From a virus (lineage: Duplodnaviria; Caudoviricetes), in the IMG/VR virus record IMGVR_UViG_3300046451_001045, positions 1-59,234 of that record: a DNA stretch of 59,234 bases. One strand, given 5' to 3'. The translations under genes and the position numbers were made by a program. How positions within the stretch are numbered: the stretch's first letter is position 1; the number at the start of each line of letters is the position of its first letter. Shown piece by piece: positions 56,775 through 59,234 of this stretch. The notes under the pieces are model-generated. The model saw only the letters and a list, made by a program, of their open reading frames with translations, did no database searches and had not been told where the DNA came from.

Positions 56775-58057
56775 TGAAAAGTTTTAAATCCATATTCGAA
56801 GCAAAAGAAAAGAGTGCAGTGTTTACTTTTGGTAGATTCAATCCACCTACAGTTGGACATGCAAAATTAATAGAAAAGTTAAAAAACTCTACCAGTGGTG
56901 GTTTTGAACCTCTAGTGTTCATGTCACACTCACAAGACTCCAAGAAGAATCCATTAGATTATAAAACTAAATGGAACTTTATGAATAAATTCTTCGGTAA
57001 GAAGGTGGGTATTGTGAACACTAAAGCACGACAAGTGTTTGAAATTGCAACTGCACTACAAGACCAAGGTTACAGTAAGGTTAGAATGGTGGTTGGTTCA
57101 GACAGAATTAAAGAATTTGAGATGTTACTCAACAAATACAATGGTGTGAAAGGAAAACATGGTTACTATAAGTTTGATTCAATTAATATTATATCTGCAG
57201 GGGAAAGAGACCCCGACTCCGATGACGTAAGTGGAATGTCTGCATCTAAAATGAGACAAGCTGCATCAGATGGGGATTATGATTCCTTTGAATCGGGTGT
57301 CCCCGATAAAAAACATGCAAAGACACTTTGGAAGGCAGTAAAAAAGGGAATGAACATCTCAGAGAGTACACTACCATCTTACATGCAAGAGGACTTACTT
57401 AATGAAGGAGTCTATGACCAAGGTATATTTAAAGCAGTCTTTCTAATGGGAGGCCCAGGCAGTGGTAAATCAGAAGTGGTTGATGGTCTTTCCCTTAAAT
57501 CATTGGGACTTAAATTAGTTAATACAGATAATGCATTTGAGAAAGGTCTTAAGAAAGCAGGATTATCATTAGACCTATCTAAGAACGACCCTAAAGACTA
57601 TGACCCTATCCGTGCAAGAGCAAAGGCGACCACTAAAATAGGTATGGACTTGTATATCGGTAACAGACTGGGACTTATCTTTGACACTACTAGTGCAAAC
57701 GACAGTAAGATTAAAGCATATAAGAAACATTTAGATGCACTTGGATATGAATCTAAGATGATTTATGTTCAAACATCACTAGCAAATGCACAAAAACGAA
57801 ATCAAATGAGACCTCGTAAAGTTCCACCCGAAATTGTTACTGGAGATTGGAACAAATCAAATGCAAATGCAATCAAATTGCAAAAGTTGTTTGGTAGAGA
57901 CTTCACTAAGATAGAGAATGATGATACACTTGCATCACTTAAACAGAAGACAAATGGTCTTTATGGTAAACTCATGTCATGGACTACCATATTCCCTTCA
58001 AACAAACCTGCTCTCTCTTGGAAACAACGAGAGTTACATCTCAAAAAGACTAAATAG
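56774..58057 (+). CDS. Fusion: HxGH nucleotidyltransferase (cytidyltransferase-like) plus P-loop kinase (zeta-toxin/AAA_33-like)
   Basis: FGRFNPPTVGH, VGSDR, MSASKMR; then GGPGSGKS, IFDTT, RN..R.R.VP. Confidence 0.85.
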   Translation: MKSFKSIFEAKEKSAVFTFGRFNPPTVGHAKLIEKLKNSTSGGFEPLVFMSHSQDSKKNPLDYKTKWNFMNKFFGKKVGIVNTKARQVFEIATALQDQGYSKVRMVVGSDRIKEFEMLLNKYNGVKGKHGYYKFDSINIISAGERDPDSDDVSGMSASKMRQAASDGDYDSFESGVPDKKHAKTLWKAVKKGMNISESTLPSYMQEDLLNEGVYDQGIFKAVFLMGGPGSGKSEVVDGLSLKSLGLKLVNTDNAFEKGLKKAGLSLDLSKNDPKDYDPIRARAKATTKIGMDLYIGNRLGLIFDTTSANDSKIKAYKKHLDALGYESKMIYVQTSLANAQKRNQMRPRKVPPEIVTGDWNKSNANAIKLQKLFGRDFTKIENDDTLASLKQKTNGLYGKLMSWTTIFPSNKPALSWKQRELHLKKTK

Positions 58058-58061
58058 TATT

Positions 58062-59195
58062 ATGGATTTATTAAACGATATATTAAAAGTACAGAAACTT
58101 GCACGAGAGGATAAAATTCAGTCTTTTCAATCAATGTTTACGGAAGAACCCGTCGCAGTCAAAGCTGCTCATGCAAAAGCACAACAGGTTCAAGAGTTGG
58201 AAGACCTTAAAGTTAAACAAGAAAAGGAACTTGAATCGTTAAAAGATAGACATGAGAGAGAGAATTCTAAACTTGGATTAGAGAAAGAGAAAGAGACCGA
58301 GAATGTTGCAATTCAAAAGAAAAGAGATGCAACAAGAAAGGCAAACGAGTCAGTTGAATTAGAAGAATCAAAGGTGACTTGTCCCGAATGTGGTGGAAAA
58401 GGTTGTGACCATTGTGACGATACTGGTTATCACATAAAGGAAGGTAAGTTAGTAACTTCAGCTGTAGATATCATTAAATTGATTACTAAAAAAGTTGCAG
58501 CCAGATTAGAAAAAGAGTATAGTAGTAATCCCGAGAAAGGTCTTGGTATGATTAACACTATCGGTGCAATGGTTGGACATAAAGTTACAGACCAAAAACA
58601 AGATAAAGGTAAGTTATTCCTTAAGTTCGGTGAAGAGTTAGAAGAAGGTAAGATGCAGGATGCAATTAAAAAAATGAAAGGTCTATCTAAGAAACAGATG
58701 GAATTCCTGATGACAATACCTCAACAACAACTTACAGTAATTGCACAACAATTAGCTGGTTTGACAATGGGTGAAGAACTGGAAGAACGACATGCAGATG
58801 TAATGAGAAAGAGAAATCAGTCTCAACAAAAAGCACATCAAAAAGCAATGATGAAGTCTGCAAAAAAGTCTATCAAAGACTATGATGCAAAGAATAAGAA
58901 CAAGAACGAGGAGTCTGAAGTAGAAGAAGACAGAGACTACAAAAAGGAATATGAGTCATATCATAAAGACCCCGAACAAATTAAAAGACGTGCAAAGAGA
59001 AACGAAGCACGAAGAAGTTTAAAAAATCAGAAGAAACTTACTGCTGATAAAGACGTACATCATAAGGATAACAATCCTATGAACAACGACAAATCTAATC
59101 TGAGTATCGTTACTCAAAATTATAACAGAAAAGAACCTCGTATGAGGAACAAACTAAAGGAAAAGGGGTGCTTACCAAATGCCAAACGGAAATAA
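58062..59195 (+). CDS. Late multi-segment protein with zinc-finger and C-terminal HNH motif
   Basis: CPECGGKGCDHC; RDYKKEY...DVHHKDNNPMNNDKSNL; TAAATA 5 nt before ATG 58062. Confidence 0.7.
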   Translation: MDLLNDILKVQKLAREDKIQSFQSMFTEEPVAVKAAHAKAQQVQELEDLKVKQEKELESLKDRHERENSKLGLEKEKETENVAIQKKRDATRKANESVELEESKVTCPECGGKGCDHCDDTGYHIKEGKLVTSAVDIIKLITKKVAARLEKEYSSNPEKGLGMINTIGAMVGHKVTDQKQDKGKLFLKFGEELEEGKMQDAIKKMKGLSKKQMEFLMTIPQQQLTVIAQQLAGLTMGEELEERHADVMRKRNQSQQKAHQKAMMKSAKKSIKDYDAKNKNKNEESEVEEDRDYKKEYESYHKDPEQIKRRAKRNEARRSLKNQKKLTADKDVHHKDNNPMNNDKSNLSIVTQNYNRKEPRMRNKLKEKGCLPNAKRK

Positions 59196-59234
59196 AACAG
59201 ATAACGGAGTTCTAGAAATAGGAACAGATGAGAT
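59179..59234 (+). CDS. 5' end of a CDS running off the window
   Basis: MPNGNKTDNGVLEIGTDE..., preceded by AGGGG. Confidence 0.45.
   Translation, partial: MPNGNKTDNGVLEIGTDE

Noticed and set aside
418-56943. Many short minus-strand and alternate-frame ORFs in the track
   Set aside because: They lie within well-supported + strand genes and have no motifs or start signals; they are shadow ORFs. Only 15535-15990 is a credible minus-strand gene.
57918-58061. ORF-track N-terminal extension of the last long ORF
   Set aside because: Overlaps the upstream kinase gene; TAAATA-N5-ATG supports 58062.
58930-59150. HNH motif as a mobile homing endonuclease or intron
   Set aside because: It is a short in-frame C-terminal segment with no interrupted gene or intron structure nearby.
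1-59234. tRNA, rRNA, intein or group I intron in gp17, gp20, gp23, gp41, gp43
   Set aside because: No cloverleaf recognised in intergenic gaps; these core genes are uninterrupted and of normal length.

Overview
This 59-kb window is part of an AT-rich, T4-like (myovirus) phage genome resembling marine T4-like phages of heterotrophic proteobacteria; the host cannot be fixed from sequence. Almost all genes are on the + strand. It contains the virion module (gp13-gp23, gp3), recombination/replication genes (uvsY, uvsW, gp47/46, gp45/44/62, regA, gp43, uvsX, gp41) and the late sigma factor gp55. Accessory genes include six 2OG-Fe(II) oxygenases, peptide deformylase, a MoxR/CobS-vWA pair, IscU, Hsp20, a DNA methyltransferase, lysozyme, a thermonuclease and a lipoprotein serine hydrolase. 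The standout is an island between regA and gp43 encoding CsgF, CsgG, two secreted curlin-repeat proteins, a FecR-domain protein and a CHASE2 class III adenylate cyclase, i.e. a curli-like secretion module linked to a possible envelope-sensing cAMP system. Non-coding signals include fixed promoter-to-ATG spacing implying widespread leaderless transcripts, a ROSE-like thermometer and RpoH-like promoter before hsp20, a structured leader before gp44, and an antisense promoter/small RNA facing four tiny membrane-protein genes before gp55. I recognised no tRNA, rRNA, CRISPR array, intron or transposon. All calls are by motif recognition, with no database searches.
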